Shown: positions 1 through 12,988 of the stretch, piece after piece
Numbering within the stretch: the stretch's first letter is position 1
Layout: every line of letters starts with the position of its first letter
Assembly (NCBI GenBank): GCA_016748015.1
Contig: JAAOMT010000519.1
Span: 140,046-204,045 of the forward strand
Reading direction: 5' to 3'
Source: Geosiphon pyriformis uo1
Taxonomy: Eukaryota; Fungi; Glomeromycota
DNA: 64,000 nt
Notes under the pieces: model-generated
What the model saw: only the letters and a program-made list of their open reading frames with translations
Database searches by the model: none
Told to the model about the DNA's origin: nothing
Position numbers and translations under genes: made by a program

Positions 1-2350
1 CAATTGGAAATAGTTGATGGCACTTTCAATGCTCCTTTGTACTCCATCACCGGCCCACAAACAATGACCATAGCGAAGCTGAGCTTCAGGAATTTGTCCT
101 TTATCCGCAGCTTCTTTGAAATATTCCGCAGCTTTCTCCATTTGAGCCTTTTTATCTTGTGATGGATTCCCGTTAATATTATAGTAGAGATAATATCCCA
201 CCCAGTATTTAGCATATAAATCTCCAAAACTAGCATGTTTTTGGAAGGCGTTAAATGCAATAATTTTGTCACCATCTTTCTTCTTATATTCTTGTATTGC
301 ATCTTCGACAGACAAAACAGTAGAGAGCTCCGTAATGTCCAAATCAATCACAAGGTCATCATCATCATCAGTATCGGGAAGCTTTGGATTCAAATTAATC
401 GTAGTTATTGAAGGATCAGATATATGGTGAATGAATTCAGGACGAGGCGAAGCTGATGGCTTGTGTGATTTGAGAAGTCTATGTAATCCCGTGAATAGCT
501 CTGTAAGCGAGGGTCGCAAATTTGGGTCATGCCTCGTAGCTATTTACAATCCAAGAAAGCATGCAATGTATTAGAGCCAAAGAAAGGATATTTTATGAAA
601 ATACAGAACTTTTTTATTCACCTTCCAAAGATATTTTTTGCCAATCTAGGGGAACATTAAGGCTGAATGGAAGTGATTTAGAATTAAGGACTGTCTCACG
701 AATCTCTACTATATCTGTTTTTTCATTGTATGGAATCTGTTCTTCGGCAATCTCCCAGAGCAATATGCCAAAACTAAAAAAAGAATTAAACTAAAACGTT
801 AATTTTGCTTTTAAATCTAAACAAACTTTTAATATATATATACCTGAAAATTTCACATTTAGTTGTGTATGGATTTTTACGATGATCTGATAATTTTTCA
901 GGGGCCAAATATCGAACAGTTTCCAAGGTTGGTGCCATTGCTGAGGTTATATCAGTATAATTACGACTGGTGAATAAAGATTACACGAATAAAAAATATT
1001 TAGCTTTTCCAATAGCATTTTTTTAATAATAAATGTAATCTCATACGATACCTTAGAGTAAAATTGGCGATTTTAGCTGCATGATATCTATTTATTAGAA
1101 TATTTTTGCTTCGAATGTCATGATGCAAAATGGAAACTTCATGGAGGAAAGTCAAGCCACGAACAATATCTGTCGCAATTTCAATTCGTCGAGGCCAATC
1201 GATTGGTCCGTAGTTTTCATAATATTCTGTCAAAGTACCGAATTCTGCCCATTCCGTGATCATTAAAAGAGCATTTTCATCTTCCGATACGCCATAGAAC
1301 TGTATGATATGTGGGCAGTCCTTCAATTTTTTTAAGATGGCCACCTGACTCAATATATTTATCTTATTTTCTTCTAGTTTATTGGCAAGCGACCTAGTTT
1401 TGACCGCCACTTCAATTTTCCCCGTGAAGTATTTCTTTTGGACTTTACCTTTGATAACTTGTTCGGATGCTTCTGGATCTGTCAACTTGCCTCGATCAAC
1501 CTTGACCGACTCCATGACACTTTCCGGCGAAAGTTTCTCATGTTGATATGCTGCATGCATGGCAGTAATCACATCAAGCTTTTCATTGATTTTTTGGTTA
1601 GTATCCGTGATACCTCCCTCAATTTTTTCCAAGTACTGTTAGTTTCAAACGTAATTGATATTATTAATGAGGACAAGGAGTTTTTAATTGATGGAAAAAT
1701 TTTGTTTTAACATACATCTTTTAAATCGGCGAGATCACTCTTAATAATTTTGTTGTCTTCTTCCACTAAACTTTGAATTTTAAGCGTCGATGCAAAACTA
1801 AGAATTTGCATCAAATCATCGAATTCTTGAGTGAGAGTTTTAAATTGATCTTCGATGCTATTCGCGCTAAAAAATTTGCGCAACCCTTTTGATAAGTTTC
1901 GACACGAGAATATAAAAAAAGTTAGCTAAAAATTAGTTCAGTGTATCTTATAATTAATATTATCCTTAAACTATTTATAAAATAAAAAAAGGCTTTACCT
2001 TTGACTTGGGATACTTGTTCAATAAAATTTTTAATCCTCTTTATAACCGAGGATAATTTGAGAAAATTCATATAATATTCTTTTTGTCTCAAACTTTCCT
2101 CGTATTCACGTCGCTTAATTTCAATATCTTCTATAGCATATTTGGCCATTTTTACACGCCCCATTAATGATCCACAAATTTTTCTGTTATGTTCCGCTTT
2201 TTTATACAATTCGACAACCTCGCGAACCAAGTTCGTCACATCATTTATCAACGGAATAAAAGGTGCTAAAACGTCTATTACATTTGCAGTCCCTTTTAAC
2301 ACGTTTAAAGTATCGCTGGTTATATTAAATACCGTTTCTTGCTTGCCCAT
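1..2350 (-). CDS. N-terminal MLKL/HeLo-like helical domain + TKL (pseudo)kinase + Sel1-like repeats; 3' end runs off the window
   Basis: Phase-consistent exons 2350-1999, 1885-1716, 1635-1052, 966-844, 773-622, 539-<1, all GT-AG. N-term helical domain (..ELYKKAEHNRKICGSLMGRV..IEQVSQVKGLRKFFSANSIEDQF). Kinase motifs EVAVK, HHDIRSKNIL, IANFTLSR, YLAPE, EIFSFGILLWEIA, DPNLRPS. C-term Sel1 repeats (AAEYFKEAADKGQIPEAQLRYGHCLWAGDGV). Confidence 0.9.
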
Positions 2351-3848
2351 TATTTTATCAAAGCTATTAATAAAGAAATGGAGACTTCACTTTTTAAAAT
2401 ATTTTTGAATTCAGGTTTAGACCAAATTATTGTGTCGAATGTTGTGCTTACTGATTTACTTTGTTACACGTAAATCCTAACTTTTGAATGAAGCTCCAAA
2501 AAACAACTCTGCAGTACCACCAAATATTAATCTAATTTTAGTATGATCTTTTCCGCCTTTTCCCTATCATTAGGCCTTTTATATATTATAGTGGGTTATC
2601 TTAAAGGTACACCTTTGATTACTATTTGATATTACTATTGTTTCGAAATGCCGGGCCGCAATTGAAATTGCTGAAAACGCTTCAGTTGTATATATATATG
2701 CATACGAGAAATTAACGTTATTGAAAGAGGGTAGGAATTTTATTTGTCGTTTTTGTCAATAATGTTGTTTATCAGCAAATAATATCAACACATAAATCTC
2801 AGTTAATTTAATATTGTACTTTGTAAATTTAGATATATGAACAATTTTAGAATAGATGGATTTATGAAAAGTACCCAGCTTTCTATTGGAAGCTTATATT
2901 TGTTATTAGCAGCAGCCGTAGCATAAATTTGTGGGAAAAATTTAAAGAAAGCTTGGCTTTTATCCATGACCAAATAAGGAATGTTTAATTTGCATTTGCC
3001 CAACTTTTAAAAGCTAATGGCAAATGAAATTGGAATTAAAATTTTGGTGAATTGCAATATCAAATAATCAATTCTCTACTCCATTTCCCGCAATGGATCT
3101 TAAAATCAAGGAATTCCAAATGTGTTATTCTTTTTGAAAGAATATAAATCAAATAATTAGCAAAATGTCGTAATGTTATGAATAACAATTAATATAACGT
3201 GATTTAAGTTTTAGAAACTCTTTTCGCAATTACAGTTGTTTTAAAATTGCAAAAATTAGTCCTTCATACTTATCAGCTTATTTTGAATTGAAAAAACACA
3301 AGAATTATTAATTCATAACATCAATACAATGAATAAAAATTTTAAATTGTAATATATATCAGATTGTATAACTTCGACCTGGCAAAAAAAAACAAATGTG
3401 AATTGACTATAAAAATTTCATAACAAGCATAAATTAAAATAAATTTATTAATACGCCTTATAAAACAATTATTAAGACCCATTATCAAAAAGATATTAAA
3501 GGTAATTTTGTTAATTGCGATTTAGTAAAAAAAAACTAAAAATTCAGTTATGTTAGAAACTTTGATATAGTGCCACAAAAGGTTCTTTGGGTATTAAATT
3601 TTTCAGAGCCAGCTACGGTTTGTGATACTTGCCAAAAAACAATAGCTATTGGAACTCAAATGGTAGGTTCAAAACCTACCCTAGACTAATCAAGATCAAT
3701 TTTCTAAAATAAGTTAAATTCAAACCAATAGAAATACTAATTTAGATCCTATTCGGAGTCCTATAAACTTGTAAAACTATTATTATTACAAAAGGATAAA
3801 GCGACAAATAACTTATACCGAAATAGGTACCTATATGTTACAGACAGC

Positions 3849-4841
3849 TCATTGAATATCGATGCGTTTTCCTTCGGCCTTTTCAATTTGTTGAAGCTAT
3901 TATAAGAAAATACTATTTATGAACAAGAAAAAAGTCAAAGGATAATGAAGCAAGATATTTATAGTTCTATATCCTTACCTTAATTTCGAGGACACCCTGC
4001 TCCAAACGTGCTTGAATTTTTTCAGGTTCAGCAGAACCAGGCAAAGCAATAACGCGCTAGAGTAATCGCAAAAAATTAGAGTTCAATTAACACGAAATAA
4101 GAAAAAGTTTAAAATATATTACCCTGAATTTGCCTGAAGGACGTTCTTTGACTTTAATAATTCCATCTGTGTTGTGTTTTTCTTCACCACTGCATTAACA
4201 AAAGTTACTTTGGCAAAGAAATTTAGAAGCTGATGGTAATCTATAGCTCTTTTGTTACCTAATTATGAGGTAGTTTTCACGAAGACCAACTAATAATAAA
4301 AAAGGGATTTCAGATTTCAAAAAGCATAATCTAAATATGAAGAATGTGCGTTATTAGAAAGGTTCATCAGATTTCAATTTACTTACCGTCTACGTTTTCT
4401 TTAGAAATACCGGGAAGGTCGGCTTAGAGAATTTAATTTAAAAGGGTGAAAGACCCTTTCGAGATAATTCTGAAGAACAAGCGCTGAAATAATTAAGTAT
4501 CAAATGACCTACCATGAATAATAATCTCATTTCCATTTTCAATAACTAAAAGAGTGCTTAATCAAATTGAAATCGAATTGTTAAGCAAGAAAATTTCAAT
4601 CGAAATATTATATACCATCAACGGGAGGATAAGCCATATCAACAGGAGTTTCTCGGCATTGGGGTTGATTGCTACCGCGAAAATTTTCAAAATCGCTAAA
4701 AAATTCATTCAGCAATCGATTCGCATCTTGCCTGAAGCTTTGAAACATTTGATCGGTGGCACCTCCAAAAAGACCCAAACCACGATTCTCACGGTTTACT
4801 TGGGTGTCTTGATCAGTCACACCTGAAGGATTGAGAGCCAT
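3849..4841 (-). CDS. Small heat-shock protein (Hsp20/alpha-crystallin), ~172 aa, 7 exons
   Basis: Exons 4841-4616, 4545-4513, 4422-4387, 4289-4259, 4189-4123, 4056-3979, 3896-3849 give PPVDVIENGNEIIIHADLPGISKENVDV..LIISGE..ERPSGKFRRVIALP..IQARLEQGVLEIK..KRIDIQ*, including the C-terminal I-x-I motif. Confidence 0.93.
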
Positions 4842-6237
4842 GGAAAGGTTTATAAAGAGAAGGAATATTAGGAGGAGAATGTTTATTTTTGGCAGGTTTG
4901 CGGATAGAGAAGTTAAGTATTTGTGTTGAATAGAGTTTACTGAGGAGATTGTATTGAGGTTTTATAATGCCTCGACTATCACAGACTCATTTTCATTTGC
5001 GAAGCTTCATGAGAGTGTCACTAAACTGATTCAAGATATGATGTGAAGTCATAATGGAAGTATATTCTGGTGTCAAAGACTGATTAATTGAAAATTATTT
5101 TGATAAATGAATGAATTTAAAATGACTTTTTAAAATTACTACATCCTCGGATCTTCTTTGTGGTAATTCCAATATATAGTAAATTTTAATGAGCCAATCC
5201 GCTTTTTTCTGAAATAGAGACAAGCCACAATTTATTCAGATTTTAACGTTTTTGCGTTCTAATTGTTTTCAGGGCTTCCGTGTTTCCACTCCATCCCTTT
5301 TTTTTACAATTTCATGCCTTGAATTTTGAAGTTGTTATGTTTCTTGCTTATTAAGCATTATTATTCTATTGGCTGTGGTAAGGGCGAAATCTCTACTTTC
5401 CGCAATCCCTTCCCAACCTCTGTCGTCAAAAGCGTGGATCTTGCAAAGACTCAACAATTTGTTGTTGTTTTTCTTTTACCGCGTATTCTGTTTACCCACT
5501 AGATCATTGTTTAGCTCTCAAAAGGTGAGAATTATGGTCATACCAGAAGCACATGCAGGGCAAGCGGGGTATAATAACAAGCCTATATTAGACCCTCACT
5601 TTCCGGAGAGCCGTTCAAAACAAAAGGAATTTTTCCTTTTTGAGCCTGCTTCTCGATGGTTTTATTATTTTTTATTTCTTTTGTGATGGTGATGATGAAG
5701 ACGATGTAACCATTGAATTTGTTTTCGAAAGAAAGTTCTAATTAATTTAGTGGTATTTCGCGAATCTCACACTCTTAGCAAAATTTTTTCAGTCACCTGT
5801 CTCATAAAGAAACTGGAAAAGGGGTTTGAAAAAATAATATTGCAAGTTTTTTCATCATAATGTTCAATCTATGTGATTATCTTCAACTTTCTCAGATTCT
5901 TAGGAAACAGGAAATGGCATTCACCGAAAAACACTATGCAAGGAGGTAGTCAAAAATATTACACAATGACAATATCACTATGAAGTCAAGGGACTCCTTT
6001 TGTTACATACAATTATTTCTACCATAAAATTCGAAAACAAACTATTTTTCTGGACTGATGGGAAATTTTGTCACAACTCCTGTTGCTAAATTTGTACCAT
6101 TGTTTATCGCCTATCAGAATTCAAATTCTCCGAAAGTGTTGCTCGCAAAGAAAAACGCGAGAATCATGGACATATTTTGATAGTACGTGACATTGTTTGT
6201 TATTTGCTTGATTCTAGTTGTTCTCAGGGAATTAAAG

Positions 6238-6316
6238 GTAAGTCTGTTTGGGAATCAACGATGAGATTTGAATGCTATATCGGAGACCAATATCTCATTA
6301 TCTTGATTTCAATTAG
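6238..6316 (+). other. Probable 5'UTR intron of the K+ channel gene
   Basis: AAG|GTAAGT at 6238 and TTTCAATTAG| at 6316, 11 nt upstream of ATG 6328. I found no open upstream coding frame. Confidence 0.5.
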
Positions 6317-6327
6317 ATAAATTCAAA

Positions 6328-8276
6328 ATGTCAATGAGAAATGAAAATAAGCATTCTGTTCAGAATCCAAAAAATAACACAACTGGCCCTTCCTTGAGCC
6401 AACCTTCTTCTTCATCTGTTACAAAAGATTCAGGCGAGCTTCAAAATAAAATTAAAATTTTTAATTCTGTAACAGAGGATGTACCAATAAAATCTGCGAT
6501 GGTGATTAATTTTTTTTACTGATCGAATTTGTAATCAACGTCAAAATTTATTTTAATATTTTAATTTTTGAAAATTTTTTCTTATTTGTCGCTAATTAAA
6601 AAGAACCCAGAAAAATCTCGAACAAATTCAAAAATTTATCACTTGGAAGGAGAAACTAATTTCCAATATAAGTGTTATACCTTCTTTGAAACACCAAAAA
6701 CATTGCCAGCGAAAGCATTTTCCTTCTTGTCAACATTATGTCTTTTAGAAACAGTGGTTACAATCTGTTTAAGTACAATTTCAACTATGAATATAGATCA
6801 AAATTATTTTTTTGAAAAATGGAGGTGAGTAGAAATATTGCTATTTGTTTCAAATTTTATGATAATCTTCAATTATATATCTTTAGAATCTTGATGAATC
6901 TGTTCACAGTTTTTGTCTTTACTGTTGAGTATGCGGGAAGACTTTATGGATCAAAAAATAGAGTGAAATTTTTTTTTGGTGATTAAAACTTTTTTGGTTT
7001 ATTTTTTTTCATACTCATTGGGACTAATACAAAATATATTTGTAAATTGAAGGAATATGGAATCTTTTTGATTTAATATCTATAATATCATACTACCTTA
7101 CGCTTCTCATTCCACTTGGCCAAATTCAATATGTTCGAATTTTACAGTTATTTAGATGCCTCAGAAGTTTTTATTTTCCTCATTATCCAACAGGATTTTA
7201 TGTAAGGTTTTAAAATTTAAATAAGCACAACATTGACTTTGTCATGTCGAAAGGAATTTGTATCGTTTTCAAATTAATTAATCATTGTTGCCTTTCCCGA
7301 AATTTTTTTTTTTTAGATTACCGCTCGAGTATTTAGGCGATCAGCTAATCAAATGGCGGTTTTTTCTGTATGGATTGCAATAATTATTCTCATTTCTTCC
7401 GCGTTAATGTTTTACATTGAACGTGGAGAATTCGATCAAGAAAAAAAGCTTTGGTATCGTATTTCTCCTGAAGGCATAAAAACAAAAAGTCATTATCAAT
7501 CAATTTTCGATAGCTTTTGGTGGGCTGTGGTAACTATTACAACTACTGGTTACGGGGATGCGGTACCGTACAGCCCGCTAGGGAAATTTGTTACTAGCCT
7601 TACAATGTTTTGCGGTATGTTTGTGATTGCCTTACCAACCTCAATTCTTGGCTCAAATTTTATCAAAGAATGGGATCGGGGATTGAAATGCAGACAGAAA
7701 GATAGTAATCAAGAAATGCTTCAAAAAATGCTTCAAGAAATCGTTCAACTTAAAGAATGTATCAATAAGATCAATCCTTCAAAAAACTACAAAAAGTCAC
7801 AGATTAATTATGAATTAGTCGTTCGAAAAAATTTACAGTTGAAAGAAAAATTGGCGAGATGGAAAAGAAAAGCACGCAATATCGAACATTCCCGTTTTTA
7901 TAAAAACTGTGGTCGCACCAAAAACCAAATTTTCAACGTTGAAAACACTAGTAATTTCGAGAATCACTCCTCAACCACTACGCCGAATTCTAGATGTTGG
8001 GGGTTTTCGGACGAGAAGCAGAGTATTAGGACCGCGTTTAGTGCTCCAACTCTAAAATCCGAAGAAAAATATACGCCCAACGTGCCTAGTTATGACCATG
8101 ATAATTTGTCAGAGAATCCCAACGACAAACATCCCGACAGAAATAACCTCCCAGATATAATTATAAGGAGTTCCTTAAACTCAACCGACAAATTTATTTC
8201 CAAAGATCAAGAAAAGGCTGAAATAGAAGTTATAATTGATGTAAATAACCTTCGCTTTGAGACCAAAACACCTTGA
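6328..8276 (+). CDS. 6TM voltage-gated-type (Kv/Shaker-like) potassium channel, ~531 aa
   Basis: Exons 6328-6501, 6604-6824, 6887-6978, 7053-7201, 7317-8276. S2 FTVEYAGR, S3 WNLFDLISII, S4 VRILQLFRCLRSF, pore SFWWAVVTITTTGYGDAVP, S6 GMFVIALPTSILGSNF, then a C-terminal coiled-coil-like region. Confidence 0.92.
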
Positions 8277-8975
8277 GAAGAACAAACTTTTAAAATGCCA
8301 ACCTTTTTTTAAAAATGACATTTCAAACATTAAATTATTATCGCTTCAAAAACAATCCTTTCGTAATCATCCTTTTAACCGTAAAAGACATGCGATATTT
8401 TATACGCTAACAACATAGAATGTATTAAGTTTTAAAATTTGTCCACACACAACAAACTGTAAATCTTTTATCATTTTTTCAGCGAATTAATTGTCGTCAT
8501 CTGATTCAACCTGAAGTGAGATACTTTATGGGATTTTTAATATTCGCATTAACTTTATGATACATAATTTTGACATAATGTAAAGTGGGAATGATCAAAC
8601 ATAAAAATTTTCAATTTTTTTTGATATAAAGTATTTATTGACATCAAAAGGCTTTTTCTCATCAAATAAAGAAATTGTAAATAATTACTCAAAATAATTT
8701 TCGAAAATTCATTATACAATGTATTTGTATAAATTAAAGGGAGCATCCTTAAAAACCTTTTAATTTCCTTTATTTAATTATGATCTGCATGAAAAATGTG
8801 TATTAATGTAATTTCATGTGCGAATTAAAGGCTGAAATTTTTTAATAATCTAAATCTCTAGATTATTATAAATTTAATGTTTCACTGAACATAAAGCCCT
8901 TTTGCTAGAGTTTGACTCAATTAATACCTAAAATATTGATAAAATAATTTTTATACAGGGAAGTATGAGCATCTG

Positions 8976-9016
8976 ATATATATATATATATATATAAATA
9001 TAAATATAAATATAAA
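8976..9016. repeat. (TA)n / (TATAAA)n microsatellite
   Basis: Read directly from the sequence. Confidence 0.85.
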
Positions 9017-10517
9017 GTGTAACTTAGAATAGTTAGACTAAAATATTGAAATTTAAAGGCCTATAATACAAAGGATTTGAATGATCTCATCATTCAACGA
9101 TAATACTAATTGACTTTTTTTTTATAGGTAGGATCTACGCTTCCTCATTATAAATAGATAATCAAAAGATGAAATATGGCTACAAATTAATGGAAGAAAC
9201 AAAAGGGTTCAAAAATCTTTTAACAATGAATACCATTTTTTCAAAGAAAAAAAGCGGTCGCGGTTGCATAAATAACTCTTGCAAAAAATCTAACAAAAAG
9301 AAAGGGTAAGATTTCCCGAATAATTTCATGAATCATACGAGTTTTTTTTGCTTGGATAAACATAAATAGAATGAACCTTATTTGAGGAATTTATTTCAGG
9401 CTTTAACATTAATTCAGACTTCATTTTGCCAAAAACTGAAGATTTTTAGTCTTGTGTAAGCTCAAAATGTGTAGTAATATTAGATGAGAAAAATCTCTGT
9501 GAGACGAATCTCAATGAAAGAAATTTACCTTTTAAAGATAAGATTGAAATATATATTTGGTTATATTTTCAAAATAATTTTTTTTTAGTTATGCACTTTG
9601 ATTTTTTTTTTTCTAGATTCTTTGTTATACTTGAAAAATAATCAAAGATTATTTCTAATAGAATTGGGCTTAATTTTTATTTTAAAACTATAGAATATTC
9701 TGAATAATTACCAAAAAAGTGTATATGAGTTGATTGATTCTCTTTTATGAAGATACCTTTAATAATAGATTTACTAGTTTCGATCAAATTGAAAATTTAT
9801 TTCTCGATCTCAAATTAGAATGTGTCGCTGTCCATATGTAACAAAGATTTTGTGAATTATTGAGTTAGTCAAAAAGGAATTGAATGATTGCCAAAACCTA
9901 ATTAATTACGTCAAAGATATCATGAGAATATTTTTTCCATGTTAAACAAATATCATTCCCTATGTTTATACATATTGTCACACTATAGCACAAAGAATGA
10001 TTTTCTCTTTTATTGCCTTAGAAGGGATCTGGCCGACACCTACCTGCCTATAATAATTATGTTACGATTTACAAAGCTCCTGTTCCATCTTTTTAGATCA
10101 CGAAAACAACAAACTCGGGAAATGATAGAAAAAAAAAAGGATCATTTATGATATTTATTAGATAATGTGCTATTTTTTTTTTTTACCCTAATTCCCAATG
10201 TTAATTTTAATATGTAGGTAACACTAAGTAGTAATAATATATAAACACCCAACAATGACACTCGAATAAAAGACTTTCTCGCTCAAAATTCCATCACCAA
10301 ACTTACAATATTATAAAGTAATTATTTGAATCACAAGTTCAGATACCTCAAAATAAATATTTTCATATTTATATTTACCTGCATTATTGTCTTAGATTTT
10401 TTGATATATTTATTTGATATATTTATTCATATATCATAAAAACTTTTTTTCTATCTTCTGGCCTTCTGTTTGCTCAAAAATATCCATAATAATTATAATA
10501 ATAATAAAAATATAAAA

Positions 10518-12187
10518 ATGGTGAAAAATAAAAATAAAACAGCTGAAACGGCAAAAATAAATTTCCCTCCTATTAATACTACAATTAACCATAAAACTTC
10601 GACTGACCAAAACGAACAACAACAGCTACAACAACAACAACAACAACAACTACAAGGCCAGTCACAACAATCTCCAAAAACATCACATCAACCTCCTCAA
10701 CAACAATCTTCCTCTTCAACAAAAAACAATAATGACCAAAGAATTTCTAATGAGCTCAGCTCAATAAACAATGTATCAGTATCAGATACTATTAAATCAA
10801 ATTCCTCAATCAGTAGTGCAAGGCGAAATTTGTCTTTTGATCAATCAAAATTACCCACGAAAAATTCACCCCAAGCTACAAGGCCAAATTCGACAATATC
10901 ATCTGTACATACAAGGACGAATTCTAGCTTAAGAGCTCAAACGTATTCTCTTACAATTAATGGAAAACCAGTAAAATATATCGCGGATCAATATACACCT
11001 TTAACAAGCGGGTTCACAACAACAGCAACAACAACAACAGCAACATCACCAACGTCACCAACGTCACCAACGTCACCAACGTCACCAAAGTCACCAACGT
11101 TACCAACGTTACCAACGTTACCAACGTCACCAACGTTACCAACGTCACTAGGACACTCACGACTACCACCAACAATAAAAACTGGCCAATCAAAATTATC
11201 TTCAATTTCAAGCCCAGTTTTCTTGGCACAAACATCTTCACCAATTCAAGTGACACCTAATTCTTCAAATTTACCAATTAAATCTACGCGAGTTTCCTTA
11301 GTACTCGCGAATCCTACAAATGTTTCTTCTCCAATATCACCTACCTCTCCTGTTTCGATTAAACTTTCAAAATTTCCAAAATCTCCTGAAACTGAAAAAA
11401 TCATCTCACCTATGGATGAACCTCGTTTGTGGAAAAAAATATACTGGATTTTTATATCCTTCCTAAATTTTATCATATTAGTGGCAAGCTGTGTATTACT
11501 TTACGAATATTATACTCACGTAAGTTTTTAATAAACATGAGTGAGTTTGAGCGTTTGAGTTTGTTAAAAAATTCATCTAACAATTGGCTTCCATTTCAAA
11601 TGATAGGAGAAACTAAATTCACAAACTTCGAAATACATTTTTACCCTCTTATTCCTTATTGACTTGGGAACACGTGCATTTAGTCTTTATACAATTCATC
11701 ATAAATTTTCAAAAAATGAATTATCTTTTATCGGCTTCCTTTCTGTTTTTTGCTGTAAGTTCAATGAATTCTGATTCAAGATTTGAATTAAATCTAAAAT
11801 ATGAAAACTAAAAGTTTCCTTCCTTTTTTAACAGTCAAAAAAGAAATCTATCTCCTAAGAGGCCGCACAAAACTTACCGCATCACAAATTCTTTATTTGG
11901 GTGCAGTAGTGGATTATATTTGTTTCTTATACATTGCATTTTTCGGTTGGGCGATCTATAAAAACTATGGTCATCAAGGCGAGAAAAAAATCTGGGTTAC
12001 AGATCCAGATACACCTTTCTTGATTAATGATTTGGTAAAATACTTGACGTTCGGGTTATTAGGAGTTGCAGGTGCTTTGGTTGTGAGATTATTTTTCCGA
12101 TGGGCAGTTCAGTGCTGGTGTGACGGAAAGCAGAAAAAGGAGAAAAGTGTTCAAGATCTTGATGAATTGTATGTCAGTGTATTGTGA
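10518..12187 (+). CDS. Hypothetical membrane protein, ~500 aa: long Q/S/P/T low-complexity N-terminus followed by ~4-5 TM segments
   Basis: Phase-consistent exons 10518-11519, 11607-11754, 11835-12187. Contains polyQ and (SPT/LPT)n, plus hydrophobic segments IYWIFISFLNFIILVASCVLL, YIFTLLFLIDLG, LYLGAVVDYICFLYIAFFGWAIY, LTFGLLGVAGALVV. Confidence 0.75.
11046..11130 (+). repeat. Coding 9-bp tandem repeat (TCACCAACG/TTACCAACG) x~9 encoding SPT/LPT
   Basis: Read directly from the sequence. Confidence 0.9.
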
Positions 12188-12961
12188 AAGAATTGTTAAT
12201 ATTATGATGAAGTGAAAATTTTAATCTAGAACCACAATTGTATGATATTAATTTATTTTATAGGAATATAAATCTGTATAGTTTTCATTGGTTTTTCATT
12301 CAAAAAGAAAGTTAATCGTGTAAAAATTTTTATTTCATGCGTTGAATTGTAGTCATTCTAAAGAAAAATATTTGCCAGTTGCCAGGGACTGAACATGATT
12401 CCAAATTTTATTAAAATGATTTTGAAAATTTAAAAGAAAACAATAAGCGAACTCATTTAAACAATCTTCCCAATTTTTTGAGCTTTTTAGCTTCCAGAAA
12501 TGTGGAAAAAAAATTTTTGGAGAAAAATTCCTCATTCATCGTAATGTGTATATGAAGTGAAAACCTTTCACTTTATCCATTGCTTTAATTCTTTAAATTT
12601 TCTAAAGGATACATGTATCATCGCATTACAATAAGAATCTATTTGTAAATACTATCTTTTAAACTTTTAAATACTTTGAATAAACTATCGAGGCTGCAAA
12701 AGAAGTAAATATATTTTTTATTGCACCTACAGATAGTGAGGAAATTTTTATTCAAAAATAATGCATTTTCATTAAATTTATCTCAGGCTTCTAAACCATG
12801 AAACATTAAGTATAAATTTAAATTACAATATATAATTTTAATAAAAACTAATTTTACAAAAAAAACTCTTCCATAATGATTAAGTTATTTCTTCACATTA
12901 CTATAAATAATCCACCATATGATTTTATACACGATTACCGAATGGATATTATTATCCCATC

Positions 12962-12988
12962 TTTTTTTTTTTTTTTTTTTTTTTTTTT
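12962..12988. repeat. Poly-T tract (~27 nt)
   Basis: Read directly from the sequence. Confidence 0.9.

Noticed and set aside
5369-5686. 105-aa ORF between the divergent sHSP and K+ channel genes
   Set aside because: Non-ATG start, no recognisable motif, and located in a probable promoter region.
11014-11476. Antisense (VTL)n ORFs
   Set aside because: Shadow of the SPT coding repeat on the plus strand.
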